Below, in pieces: positions 1 through 9,388 of a DNA stretch of 64,000 nucleotides; the stretch's first letter is position 1, and each line of letters opens with the position of its first letter. Origin of the DNA: Candidatus Omnitrophota bacterium. Lineage in GTDB: Bacteria; Ratteibacteria; UBA8468; B48-G9; JAFGKM01. Both the position numbers and the translations under genes were made by a program. The notes under the pieces were generated by a model. That model was not told where the DNA came from. It worked only from the letters and a program-made list of their open reading frames with translations, and did not search any database. Location: contig JAMWDI010000006.1 of the NCBI GenBank assembly GCA_023819375.1, positions 35,730-99,729 on the forward strand, in the 5' to 3' direction.

Positions 1-596
1 AAAAAACTGTTAACTTCTTCATATTCAACTTCATCATCTGAGAGAGCAGTTTCGCATCGTGGGCACCAGTTAATAATTCTTTTACCTTTGTAGATTAATC
101 CTTTTTTATATAATCTTACAAAGCATTCTTTCACTGCATTTGAAAGCATTGGGTCCATTGTAAATCTTATTCTTGTCCAGTCACAAGATGCACCAAGTTT
201 TTTTAACTGATATATGATTCTTGAACCATATTCTTCTTTCCATTTCCAGACTTCTTCAATAAATTTCTCTCTACCCAATTGTTTTCTTGTCAATCCCTTT
301 TTTAATAATTCTTTTTCTACAACATTTTGAGTTGCTATACCAGCATGGTCTGTTCCAGGAACCCAAAGAGCATTAAATCCTTGCATTCTTTTCCACCTAA
401 TTAAAATATCTTGAATGGTGTTATTGAGAGCATGTCCCATATGAAGAAATCCTGTTATATTAGGAGGAGGAATTACTATAACATATTTCTTTTTTGTATT
501 CTCCGTTTTCACATAAAAATAATTCTTTTCTTCCCACATTTTATATATTTTTTCCTCAACTTCACTTGGATTGTATTTCGTTTCAAATTTATTCAT
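1..596 (-). CDS. valS: valyl-tRNA synthetase, N-terminal part (gene runs off the left edge)
   Basis: The minus-strand frame is open from position 1 to the ATG at 596. My translation reads [19 protein letters not shown]...[40 protein letters not shown]. It carries the class-I HIGH motif (HMGH) in the ValRS-type context PPPNxTGxLHxGHA. Confidence 0.85.
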   Translation of the reverse strand, partial: MNKFETKYNPSEVEEKIYKMWEEKNYFYVKTENTKKKYVIVIPPPNITGFLHMGHALNNTIQDILIRWKRMQGFNALWVPGTDHAGIATQNVVEKELLKKGLTRKQLGREKFIEEVWKWKEEYGSRIIYQLKKLGASCDWTRIRFTMDPMLSNAVKECFVRLYKKGLIYKGKRIINWCPRCETALSDDEVEYEEVNSF

Positions 597-888
597 TTTC
601 TCCTACATATATAATTCTAGTTATTTCATTTATAACTAAAACTTCACTATTTTCAAAAATAACATTCTTTATTTTCAGACATATATCTTCTATTTCCTTC
701 TTTTCTCCATTAACAAAACATAAACCAATAAGAGATCTTTGCCATTTGTCATGATAGTCTATTTCAGCAATTGAAACATTGAATTTTGATTTTATTTTAT
801 TCTTTAATGATTGTATTACTCTTCTTTTATCTTTTAAACTTGTACTTCCTGGAATTATCAACTCAATCTTTAAGGTTCCAACAAACAT
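589..888 (-). CDS. DUF503 (YlxP-like) small protein
   Basis: 99 aa. The N-terminus, [27 protein letters not shown], matches the typical DUF503 pattern. The gene overlaps the valS start by 8 nt. Confidence 0.65.
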   Translation of the reverse strand: MFVGTLKIELIIPGSTSLKDKRRVIQSLKNKIKSKFNVSIAEIDYHDKWQRSLIGLCFVNGEKKEIEDICLKIKNVIFENSEVLVINEITRIIYVGENE

Positions 889-918
889 AAATTTAAATAA
901 TTTATTCTATCATAATTT

Positions 919-2061
919 TTACTCTATTTCCAGTTTTTTATATATGCTTTCAAAAACCTTTTTAAGTGGAATTTTTTTTAAGTCTGAAATTTTTCTGCAA
1001 TCTTCAAATTCAGGAGAAATGTTAACAATTTTACCATTAAAATAAGAAAATTTTACTCTAACTTTTCCATATTCAGTTTCTATTTCTTTTATTTCTCTTT
1101 TTAAAATTAATCTTCTCTCTTTTCTAAATCTGAAGCCAATTGTTGTGCTTTCTTCAAATAACACTTTACTTACATTTGTAAAATCTTTTTCACGGCAAAT
1201 AACTTCTATTTTAAAAACTGGTCTATTTTTTTTACCTATCCCCTGAAAAACGGAAACGTCGACTGCACCTGAATTTAAAAGTTTGTTTATTAAATTACCA
1301 ACAAAAACTGGATTCATATCATCAATATTTGTTTCAATTACAATTATTTCCTTATCCTCTTCATCAATATATCCAATTAGAAACTTCAAAACATTGGGTT
1401 TTGGTTCATCTCTTGTTCCAGCACCATATCCAACTTTTTCTATATAAAAATTCAAATAAGATTGTGTAAAATCAGCAAGTCCTTTTAAAATGGCAACACC
1501 TGTTGGAGTTGAAATTTCAAAATCAGTATTTTTAAAAATAACAGGGACACCTTTTAAAATTTCACAAGTTACAGGTGCAGGATTTCCTAAACCTACTGGA
1601 CTTGAGAATATTTTTTTAATTCCTAGTAATTCTATTCCAAGAACAGCACTTGCTATTTCAACTATCGCATCTATCTGTCCAACTTGATGAAAATGGACCT
1701 TTTCCTTTTTTTCTTTATGGGCAATGCTTTCATTTTCTGCAAGAATATCAAATATTTTAAAAATTTTTTCTTTTATTCTATCTTCAAAACTACTTTGTTC
1801 AACTATTTTTAATATTTTTTTATAAGGTGTTCTATCATCCCATTTTTCTAATGGCTTAACAAAAAATTGAGTTCCTTCTATAAAATGTCCCCATGGGGTT
1901 TCCTTTTTTACTTTTTTTATTTCTATTCTATAATTTTTAATTGGTAATTTTTTAAGTTCATTTTCAAGAAGTTTCAAATCAAGGCCTGCATCTATTATAC
2001 TTCCAACAAGCATATCTCCTGCACATCCGTTTACGACATCAAAATATCCAGTTTTAATCAT
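919..2061 (-). CDS. larC: LarC-family nickel insertion protein (DUF111; nickel-pincer cofactor biosynthesis)
   Basis: 380 aa. The N-terminus YFDVVNGCAGDMLVGSIIDAGLD resembles the LarC signature (FDCxSGISGDMxLGALxDxG). The size fits, and there is a 4-nt overlap with yajC. Confidence 0.75.
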   Translation of the reverse strand: MIKTGYFDVVNGCAGDMLVGSIIDAGLDLKLLENELKKLPIKNYRIEIKKVKKETPWGHFIEGTQFFVKPLEKWDDRTPYKKILKIVEQSSFEDRIKEKIFKIFDILAENESIAHKEKKEKVHFHQVGQIDAIVEIASAVLGIELLGIKKIFSSPVGLGNPAPVTCEILKGVPVIFKNTDFEISTPTGVAILKGLADFTQSYLNFYIEKVGYGAGTRDEPKPNVLKFLIGYIDEEDKEIIVIETNIDDMNPVFVGNLINKLLNSGAVDVSVFQGIGKKNRPVFKIEVICREKDFTNVSKVLFEESTTIGFRFRKERRLILKREIKEIETEYGKVRVKFSYFNGKIVNISPEFEDCRKISDLKKIPLKKVFESIYKKLEIE

Positions 2062-2366
2062 TCTTTCTTTTTTTCAATTACTTGAGAAATTGCATTTTTT
2101 ACAATATCAATTTTTGTGTTTTCTCTAAATTTTACAGTGACAATTTCATCTTTTATTTTTTCAACTTCCCCTATAAGTCCCCCAATTGTGACAATTTTAT
2201 CTCCTTCCTTTAGTTCATCAAGCATTTTTTTTCTTAACTTTTCCTTTTTTTGTTGAGGCAAGATTAAAAGAAAATAAAAAACAAAAAATATCAAAATTAA
2301 AGGTAATAAGGCACTAAATGGAGATGGTTGTGGAGGTGGTGCCTGTGCTAAAAACAATATATTCAT
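2058..2366 (-). CDS. yajC: preprotein translocase subunit YajC
   Basis: 102 aa with one N-terminal TM segment, followed by QKKEKLRKKMLDELKEGDKIVTIGGLIGEVEKI, which is the YajC motif. Confidence 0.85.
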   Translation of the reverse strand: MNILFLAQAPPPQPSPFSALLPLILIFFVFYFLLILPQQKKEKLRKKMLDELKEGDKIVTIGGLIGEVEKIKDEIVTVKFRENTKIDIVKNAISQVIEKKKE

Positions 2367-4786
2367 TTTTTCTCCTTGTTTTTCTTTTTGTTATTCTTTT
2401 TCCCTTTTATGCTCTTTAAATATTTTTCTGTAAGTTCTTCTAATCTTTTTGAAACAAGATAGTTAATAGTCCCTTCTGGATAAGTTCCATCTTCTCTTTT
2501 TTCTCCTGCAGGTATACCTGTTAAAATTTCTATTCCTTCATCAATTGTTTTAACTGCCCATATATGGAAAAGTCCTTTTTCAACTGCTTCAATAACTTCA
2601 TCATTTAAAATCAAATGTTTTAAATTTTTTTCTGGAATTATTACTCCTTGTTTTCCTGTTAATCCTTTTGCTTTACAAGTATAATAAAATCCCTCAATTT
2701 TTTCGTTTATACCACCGACTGGTTGGATCTCCCCTTTTTGATTGACAGAGCCTGTTACTGCAATTCCTTGTTTTATAGGAACATTTGCAAGTGCAGATAG
2801 TAGAACATATATTTCTGTTGAGGATGCACTATCTCCTTCAATTTCTTCATATAATTGTTCAAAACATATACTTGCAGAAAATGCTATAGGGCCTTGACTT
2901 CCATACTTTTCAAGAATATAATTATTTAGAATTAAAAAGCCTTTATTATGAATTCTACCTGCAAGTTTTACTTCTCTATCTATATTTATTACACCAGATT
3001 TTCCTACATAAACATTACAAGTTATCTTTGATGGTTTTCCAAAAGTATAATCACCTAAGGAAATAACAGATAAACCATTAATTTGTCCAACTTTTTCACC
3101 ATCTGTATCAACCATTATCGTACCTTCTTTAATCAATTCTTCAATCCTTTTTTCAATAAGATTAGATCTATATATTTTTTCTTCAAGGGCTTTTTTGACA
3201 TGTTTTTCCTGAACTACAGGGGAATTGTCCATTTCGGCCCAGAAATTTGCTTCCCTAATAATATCTGCAATTTCAATAAATCTGGTTGTTAATTTGTCTC
3301 TATCTTCAACAATTCTTGAGCCATATTCTATAATTTTACCAACAGCATATTTATCAAAAGGTCTTAAATTTTCTTCTTTACATATTTTGCTTATGAAGGC
3401 AGAATAATTTTTATATCCTTCTTCATTTTTATCCATAAGTAAACTGAAATCTGCTTTTACTTTAAAAAGTTTTCTAAAATCCTCATCATAAGCATATAAA
3501 AGATAATAAAAAATAGGATGTCCAATAAGAATAACTTTTACATCAAGAGGAATTGGTTGTGGTCTTAATGTTGGTGTATTTATCAATCTAAATTGTTCAT
3601 TTAAGTCCTCAATAATAATTTCATTATTTTTTAATGCTCTTTTTAAAGTTTCCCATGCAAAGTAATTTTTTAAAACATCTAATACCTGCAGAATTAAATA
3701 TCCACCATTGGCTTTATGAAGTGCTCCTGGTTTTATCATTGTAAAATCAGTTACCATTGCTCCAAAATGGGGTCTATATTCTATTCTTCCACATAAATTG
3801 TATGCAGTAGGATTTGTTTCCTTTACAACAGGTGCGCCTTTTGTTTGTGAATTATCTATCAAAACATTTACAGTGTATCTATATAATGAAGATTCTCTAT
3901 CAGGTAATTTTAAACCAGGTAATAATTCAATTTCTCTTCTTTCTTTAAAATCCTCAACATTTTCTATCATGTCTTTTTCAACATCATCTAAATATTTACA
4001 AACATCTTCAAATTCCTTGTATTTTTCTTTAAGTTCTTTTATTCTTGGAGCAATGGTAAATTGAGCAGTTTCTTTTTCAAGTTTATTTAGTTTTTCTTTT
4101 GCTTCTTTTTCATATTCTCTTATTTTCCTTAAAATATCATTTAGTTCTTCATAAAGCATTTCCTGTTTTTTTCTTATTTCATTTTTCGCTTCGTCTGTTA
4201 ACTTTTCTAAATCTTCTTCCTTTAATAATTGTCCCTCAATTACAGGAACAAAAACTACTCCTGAAGGTGTTTGTTTTATCTGAAAACCTGCTTCTTTAGC
4301 AGACCTTTCTATTTGCTCAAAAAGTTCATTCCTTTTATTTTGAAATTCCTTTATTATTTGATTTTTATGTTCTTCATAAACTTCACTTTCAAATGTTTTA
4401 GGCAATTCTATTTTAAGTTCATTTACTAACATTTCCATATCTTTTTTGAATTCATTCGCTTTTCCAGGTGGAAATCTTAAGGCATTTGGCATATCCGGAT
4501 TTGTAAAATTATAAACATAACACCAGTCATCAGGAGTTTCTCCTTCTTCCGCAATTTTCCTAACTGCTTGTTCAACAGATGTTGTCCTTCCACTACCTGT
4601 AATTCCTGAAACATAAATGTTATATCCTTTACTTTTAATTTTCAATCCAAATTCAAGTGCTTTTTTTGCTCTATCCTGTCCTATAATTCCTTCCAGTGGT
4701 GGAACTTCTTCAGTAGTATTGAAATTTAAAATTTCATAATTGCACTTATTCTTAAGAAATTCAACGTTTACTTTATATTTTTCCAT
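2363..4786 (-). CDS. Lon-like protease, LonC-type (degenerate AAA-like domain plus S16 peptidase domain)
   Basis: 807 aa. The P-loop-like sequence GITGSGRTT has Arg at the Walker-A Lys position. A long K/E-rich insertion follows. The C-terminal Lon protease motifs are GDSASS and GGINEKIEG. An SD-like GGGGAA lies upstream of the ATG. Confidence 0.8.
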   Translation of the reverse strand: MEKYKVNVEFLKNKCNYEILNFNTTEEVPPLEGIIGQDRAKKALEFGLKIKSKGYNIYVSGITGSGRTTSVEQAVRKIAEEGETPDDWCYVYNFTNPDMPNALRFPPGKANEFKKDMEMLVNELKIELPKTFESEVYEEHKNQIIKEFQNKRNELFEQIERSAKEAGFQIKQTPSGVVFVPVIEGQLLKEEDLEKLTDEAKNEIRKKQEMLYEELNDILRKIREYEKEAKEKLNKLEKETAQFTIAPRIKELKEKYKEFEDVCKYLDDVEKDMIENVEDFKERREIELLPGLKLPDRESSLYRYTVNVLIDNSQTKGAPVVKETNPTAYNLCGRIEYRPHFGAMVTDFTMIKPGALHKANGGYLILQVLDVLKNYFAWETLKRALKNNEIIIEDLNEQFRLINTPTLRPQPIPLDVKVILIGHPIFYYLLYAYDEDFRKLFKVKADFSLLMDKNEEGYKNYSAFISKICKEENLRPFDKYAVGKIIEYGSRIVEDRDKLTTRFIEIADIIREANFWAEMDNSPVVQEKHVKKALEEKIYRSNLIEKRIEELIKEGTIMVDTDGEKVGQINGLSVISLGDYTFGKPSKITCNVYVGKSGVINIDREVKLAGRIHNKGFLILNNYILEKYGSQGPIAFSASICFEQLYEEIEGDSASSTEIYVLLSALANVPIKQGIAVTGSVNQKGEIQPVGGINEKIEGFYYTCKAKGLTGKQGVIIPEKNLKHLILNDEVIEAVEKGLFHIWAVKTIDEGIEILTGIPAGEKREDGTYPEGTINYLVSKRLEELTEKYLKSIKGKKNNKKKNKEKK

Positions 4787-4852
4787 AAATCATTCCCCTT
4801 TTTATTATCACTAAATAATACATTATTAAACATAAGAAAGTCAATACAAAAA

Positions 4853-5407
4853 TTATTTTTCAAAATAATTAAATGCCTTTAAATTTATTTCAAAGTATTT
4901 AGATGGGATTAAAACTTTCATTGCCTCAATAAAACTTTTCTTTTTTAAGGGTATAAATTTAGAAGAAAAGCCAAGCATTAAAACATTTAAAATTTTTATA
5001 GAACCTATACTTTCTGCAATTGATGTAAAATTCTCAATATAAAGATTTTTAACATTTGTTTTTAAAATTTCTATAATCTCTTCATATTCATATTTTAATC
5101 CATATATTGGAATAGGAAAAGAATTTACAACTGCAATACCATCAGGTTTCAAAAAATTTAAATATCTAACAGATTCCAGTGGTTCAAAACCAATAATTAA
5201 ATCTGCCTGCCCTTTAGGAATTACAGGGCCTAGTTTGCAATTTAATCTTACATGCGCTTCTACTGATCCTCCTCTTTGTGACATTCCATGTATTTCTGAC
5301 CCTTTTACAGGTAAACCTTCAATAACTCCTGCATTCCCTATGATGTTTGAACACAATATTATTCCTTGTCCTCCTACCCCACAAATTAAAATGTCAAATT
5401 TTTTCAT
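4853..5407 (-). CDS. iorB: indolepyruvate:ferredoxin oxidoreductase subunit beta
   Basis: 184 aa. The N-terminus DILICGVGGQGIILCSNIIGNA is typical of IorB/2-oxoacid:Fd oxidoreductase gamma-like subunits. There is a 4-nt overlap with iorA. Confidence 0.85.
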   Translation of the reverse strand: MKKFDILICGVGGQGIILCSNIIGNAGVIEGLPVKGSEIHGMSQRGGSVEAHVRLNCKLGPVIPKGQADLIIGFEPLESVRYLNFLKPDGIAVVNSFPIPIYGLKYEYEEIIEILKTNVKNLYIENFTSIAESIGSIKILNVLMLGFSSKFIPLKKKSFIEAMKVLIPSKYFEINLKAFNYFEK

Positions 5408-7158
5408 TTTTCTTTAATAGCATCAAAAAAACATATTTCTTTGCACATTCCACATCCGTTACATAAAATATTTATTTCTAAAATTTCTTTATTTTGAATT
5501 ATTGCAGGACAATTGAGTTCTAAACATAACTTACACTTTTTACAGATATTTTTGTCTATATAATAAATCTTTTTTTCTTTATTGGAAATTTGAATACATT
5601 CTCTTTTAAAAATAATAACTTTTACACCCCTTTTTTCTTTGAATTTTTCTATTTCTTTAATGGATTTTTTAATCTTATAAGGATCAATTTCAATGACATT
5701 TTCAACACCACATCCTTCAATTAATTTTTTCAAATTTATTTCAATAGTTTTTTCCTCTTTAGCAGTTATTCCTGTTCCTGGATGAGGTTGATACCCAGTC
5801 ATAGCAGTTGTTCTGTTGTCAAGTATTGCGATAATTTGATTTGATTTGTTATAAACTGAATTTATAAGTCCAGGAATTCCTGCGTGAAAGAAAGTAGAAT
5901 CTCCTATTATTGAAATAACATATTTTTTTTCAAATTTTGCAATGCCACTCCCAATCGAAATTCCAGAACCCATACATAGACAAGTATCAATTGTTCCAAA
6001 TCTTACACCAAGGGTATAACAACCAATATCACCTGGATAAATTGCATCTTTCCCAAAAACTTTTTTCAAAATATAAAATGAACCCAAATGGGGACAACCT
6101 GGACATAACAAAGGATTCCTTTGAGGTAAAGAAAAAGCAAAGAATTTTTTTTGTTTTTTAGTTAAAGATACTTCTATTTCTTCAACTGACAATTCCCCTT
6201 CTTTTTTAACATCCCCGCTTAATTTACCACAAATTTTTAAATCAGGATTATATTTTTTTGAGCAAATATAAACAAATTCCTCTATAACAGGGTCTCCTTC
6301 CTCAAAAATGTATACTTTTTTTAATTCTTTCAAAAATTTTCCCAACTTTTTTTCTGGAATTGGATAAGTACTAACTTTAAAAACAGGGTAATTTTTATTT
6401 TTTATATCCATAAATTCTTTGGTATAAATATAACCCAGACCAGATGCAATAATTCCTATTTTCCCTTCTCCTTTCTCAATCCTATTTATTTTTAATTTTT
6501 CAATATCTTTTTTGATTAATTCTATTTTCTCATTTAATTTTTTTATTGCTTTTCTTACATTTGTTGGAACCATAACCAATTGTTCTGGATTTTTAATAAA
6601 ATTTAAACTTAAATTTTTTCTTTTTCCCCTTTCACCTATCAAAACATCGGATTTTCCGTGAGACAATCTTGTTACACTTCTTAAAATTACAGGAATTTTA
6701 TATTTTTCTGAAAATTCAAAAGAAAATGAGGCTAAATCTTTTGCTTCTTGTATAGTTGATGGTTCAAAACATACAATCCTTGCAAAACTTACATATCTTC
6801 GTGAATCCTGCTCATTTTGAGATGAATGAGAAAAAGGATCATCAGCAACAACTATTACTAATCCTCCAATAATTCCAGTATAAGCAGATGTTAAGAGGGC
6901 ATCTGAAGCTACATTTAAACCAACATGTTTCATAATAGCACAACTTCTTCTGCCAGTTAAACTTACACCATACGCGTTTTCAAAAGCAACTTTTTCATTG
7001 ATACTCCATTCAATATATACATCATCATTTGCAATTGAAATAAGATATTCAGTTATTTCTGATGAAGGAGTTCCAGGATAAGCAAATGAGGCGTCAATCC
7101 CCCCTTCATAAAGTCCATAAGCAATTGCTTCATTTCCAAGTAAATATTTTACTTGCAT
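5404..7158 (-). CDS. iorA: indolepyruvate:ferredoxin oxidoreductase subunit alpha
   Basis: 584 aa. TPP-enzyme N-terminus (LLGNEAIAYGLYEGGIDASFAYPGTPSSEI), GDSTFFHAGIPGLIN, and a C-terminal 2x[4Fe-4S] region (CKKCKLC...CNGCGMCKEIC). Confidence 0.9.
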   Translation of the reverse strand: MQVKYLLGNEAIAYGLYEGGIDASFAYPGTPSSEITEYLISIANDDVYIEWSINEKVAFENAYGVSLTGRRSCAIMKHVGLNVASDALLTSAYTGIIGGLVIVVADDPFSHSSQNEQDSRRYVSFARIVCFEPSTIQEAKDLASFSFEFSEKYKIPVILRSVTRLSHGKSDVLIGERGKRKNLSLNFIKNPEQLVMVPTNVRKAIKKLNEKIELIKKDIEKLKINRIEKGEGKIGIIASGLGYIYTKEFMDIKNKNYPVFKVSTYPIPEKKLGKFLKELKKVYIFEEGDPVIEEFVYICSKKYNPDLKICGKLSGDVKKEGELSVEEIEVSLTKKQKKFFAFSLPQRNPLLCPGCPHLGSFYILKKVFGKDAIYPGDIGCYTLGVRFGTIDTCLCMGSGISIGSGIAKFEKKYVISIIGDSTFFHAGIPGLINSVYNKSNQIIAILDNRTTAMTGYQPHPGTGITAKEEKTIEINLKKLIEGCGVENVIEIDPYKIKKSIKEIEKFKEKRGVKVIIFKRECIQISNKEKKIYYIDKNICKKCKLCLELNCPAIIQNKEILEINILCNGCGMCKEICFFDAIKEK

Positions 7159-7176
7159 AAGAAATTAATTATACAA

Positions 7177-8622
7177 CTATTCTTTTTTCTTGAAAATATA
7201 CATTTCAACCAGATAATAATACTCTCTTTTTCCTTTTAATTTGCTTAAAAGTTTTTCATTAAAGATAAATTTTTCTTCATAGATTTTTTCAAAATTTAAT
7301 TTGAAAAAATTCTTTACTCTTTCAGATACTTCAAACCTGTTTATATTATCAAGGATAAGAAAAAATCGTGTTTTGTTCTTTGCTAAATCACTTATTTTTT
7401 TAAAATCTTCTTCGTTTTCTATCTCAATTATTTGATTTTTACCATGATAATACCACTGGATTGGTGCCAAAATATTTTTGTCAATATTTTCTGTTGTAAA
7501 TATTAAATCCCCCTCTTTTTCAAATTTCTGTATTTTTTCATATATTTCTTTATATGGAATTAATTTACTGGCATCCTGATATTGAAAAGGATCATTGGAA
7601 TAGTAAAAGTAGAGAGACGGCATAAGAGTTAAAAAGAAAAAAAGTGAAAATCGGCTTTTTTTATTTAAATTTTCAAGCCCTAAACTATAAAACAAAAGAT
7701 AAAAGATAGAAAATGGGATTAAATTTTGAGGAACTGTTGAGGGAAAAAAAACAAGAATTAATGGGAGAAAAAGAGAAATTATTAAAATCCATTTTTTTTC
7801 ATCGTTTAATTCCCAAAATGATTTCAAACAAAAAGGAATTAAAAAAAGATAAAATAAAAAAATGGGAACTAATATTTTAAAATTGAAAGGATTTATAGTT
7901 TCTCCAAGGAAAAAATAGAAAAGAGTATAAGGAAATCTAAGAATTATAGGAACAGGTCTTCTAACACCAAGAGTAAAAATAATTTGATAAGGGATTCTTA
8001 ATAACCAAGGAAAATAGAATATCAAGATTATTAATAGAGAAAATAAAACAGTTAAGTCTAATTTTCTAAGTATAATTAATGAAAGAATCTGTATCAAAAT
8101 CACAATGAAAGCAAGATTATGAGTATATAAAAGTAAAATGTTAAAAATGGCAAGGTTTATTAAAAAAATTTTTTCTTTTTTTTCTATATAATTTAAGAAA
8201 GAGATAAAAGATAGGATCGTTAAAAATGTAAATAAGGTATAGGACTTAATGATTTGAGACCATAAAATTAAGGGAGGACTTAAAGAGATAAAAAGTGAAA
8301 GAAAAAGACCTGTTTTTTCATTTTTGAATTTTTCTCCTAAAAAATAACTGCTCGGGATGCACATTATACCAAAAATTAAAGGTAAGATTCTTAAAATAAA
8401 TTCATTTTTACCAAGTTTTAACCAAAAATGAACCATTGCATAAAATAAAGGGGGATGTGCATCATTAAAAGTTATATAATCAATCATCCATCTTATTGAA
8501 TGTTTACCGAGAGAAATTGCAAGTAATTCATCACACCAAAAAGAATGTTTTCCAAGATTGAAAATTCTTACGAAAATACCTATCATTAATATTAAAAACA
8601 AAAAAAATCTCTTATTCATCAT
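7177..8622 (-). CDS. GT-C fold membrane glycosyltransferase (GT39/ArnT/PMT-like), copy 1
   Basis: 481 aa and polytopic. The first loop carries a CDEL acidic motif (HSFWCDELLAISLG) followed by DAHPPLFY, as in ArnT/PMT_2 proteins. A soluble C-terminal domain is present. Confidence 0.65.
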   Translation of the reverse strand: MMNKRFFLFLILMIGIFVRIFNLGKHSFWCDELLAISLGKHSIRWMIDYITFNDAHPPLFYAMVHFWLKLGKNEFILRILPLIFGIMCIPSSYFLGEKFKNEKTGLFLSLFISLSPPLILWSQIIKSYTLFTFLTILSFISFLNYIEKKEKIFLINLAIFNILLLYTHNLAFIVILIQILSLIILRKLDLTVLFSLLIILIFYFPWLLRIPYQIIFTLGVRRPVPIILRFPYTLFYFFLGETINPFNFKILVPIFLFYLFLIPFCLKSFWELNDEKKWILIISLFLPLILVFFPSTVPQNLIPFSIFYLLFYSLGLENLNKKSRFSLFFFLTLMPSLYFYYSNDPFQYQDASKLIPYKEIYEKIQKFEKEGDLIFTTENIDKNILAPIQWYYHGKNQIIEIENEEDFKKISDLAKNKTRFFLILDNINRFEVSERVKNFFKLNFEKIYEEKFIFNEKLLSKLKGKREYYYLVEMYIFKKKE

Positions 8623-9388
8623 ATTTTTTCAAAATTACAATTATACTTTTTTCAACAAAAAATTTCCATAAATTTAAAAGGTTGAATTTTTTCCCAGTAA
8701 ATTCTTTTATAGTTAAAATTTTTAAAATTTTAAATCCAGAAAAGTAAGCCAATTTTGAAATAGAATTTTTATCAAAATGATAAATCTGAACCGGTAGATG
8801 TAAGATTGATTTACTCTTTTTTGTGAAAGAAAATAATTTAGCAATAAAAAATAAATAATTTGAATGTAATGGTGTTTTTATAATCAAAATTCCATCTTTT
8901 TCTAAAAGTTTTTTACATTTTTGTAAATAATTTACCGGTTCCTTAATATGGGCAATTACATCCATCATAGTTATTATATCAAATTTTATTTCAAAATTTA
9001 GATTTGAAAGATTTCCTTTGAAGACTTTAAACCCTTTTTGGGAACAGAATTCTATCGCAAAATCAGAAATATCCTGCCCATAAACTTCATAACCAATTTC
9101 ACTTGCTAAATCAAGTAATATTCCAATTCCGCACCCTACATCAAGTATTTTTCCTTTTGATGGGATTAACTTTTTAATTTTCTTCAGAATTTTTTTAAAA
9201 TATTTTTTTCTTTCCTGATAAAACTCAATATACCATTTTTGAAAATAAGAACTATCATACAAATTTTCAACTTTAACTATAGGATATAAAAATTTTACAT
9301 AACAGTTGGTACACTTATAAATTTTATAATTTCCATCTTCCCAACTTTTATAAATTCTTCTACTTTTACACAAAGGACACTCAATCAT
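8612..9388 (-). CDS. class I SAM-dependent methyltransferase with N-terminal Zn-ribbon
   Basis: 258 aa. CPLC...CTNC zinc ribbon, followed by SAM motif I ILDVGCGIGILLDLA and motif-II-like DIITMMDVIAH. Confidence 0.75.
   Translation of the reverse strand: MIECPLCKSRRIYKSWEDGNYKIYKCTNCYVKFLYPIVKVENLYDSSYFQKWYIEFYQERKKYFKKILKKIKKLIPSKGKILDVGCGIGILLDLASEIGYEVYGQDISDFAIEFCSQKGFKVFKGNLSNLNFEIKFDIITMMDVIAHIKEPVNYLQKCKKLLEKDGILIIKTPLHSNYLFFIAKLFSFTKKSKSILHLPVQIYHFDKNSISKLAYFSGFKILKILTIKEFTGKKFNLLNLWKFFVEKSIIVILKKYDE

Noticed and set aside
919-2061. A solitary larC as a hint of a novel nickel-pincer cofactor system.
   Set aside because: LarB and LarE may simply be encoded elsewhere. A single gene in a housekeeping operon gives no basis for a new system.
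2363-4786. The Lon-like protease as a BrxL-type component of a BREX/defence island.
   Set aside because: No PglX methyltransferase, BrxA/B/C, PglZ or other defence genes are nearby. The neighbours are yajC, larC and iorAB, and the architecture fits a housekeeping LonC-type protease better.
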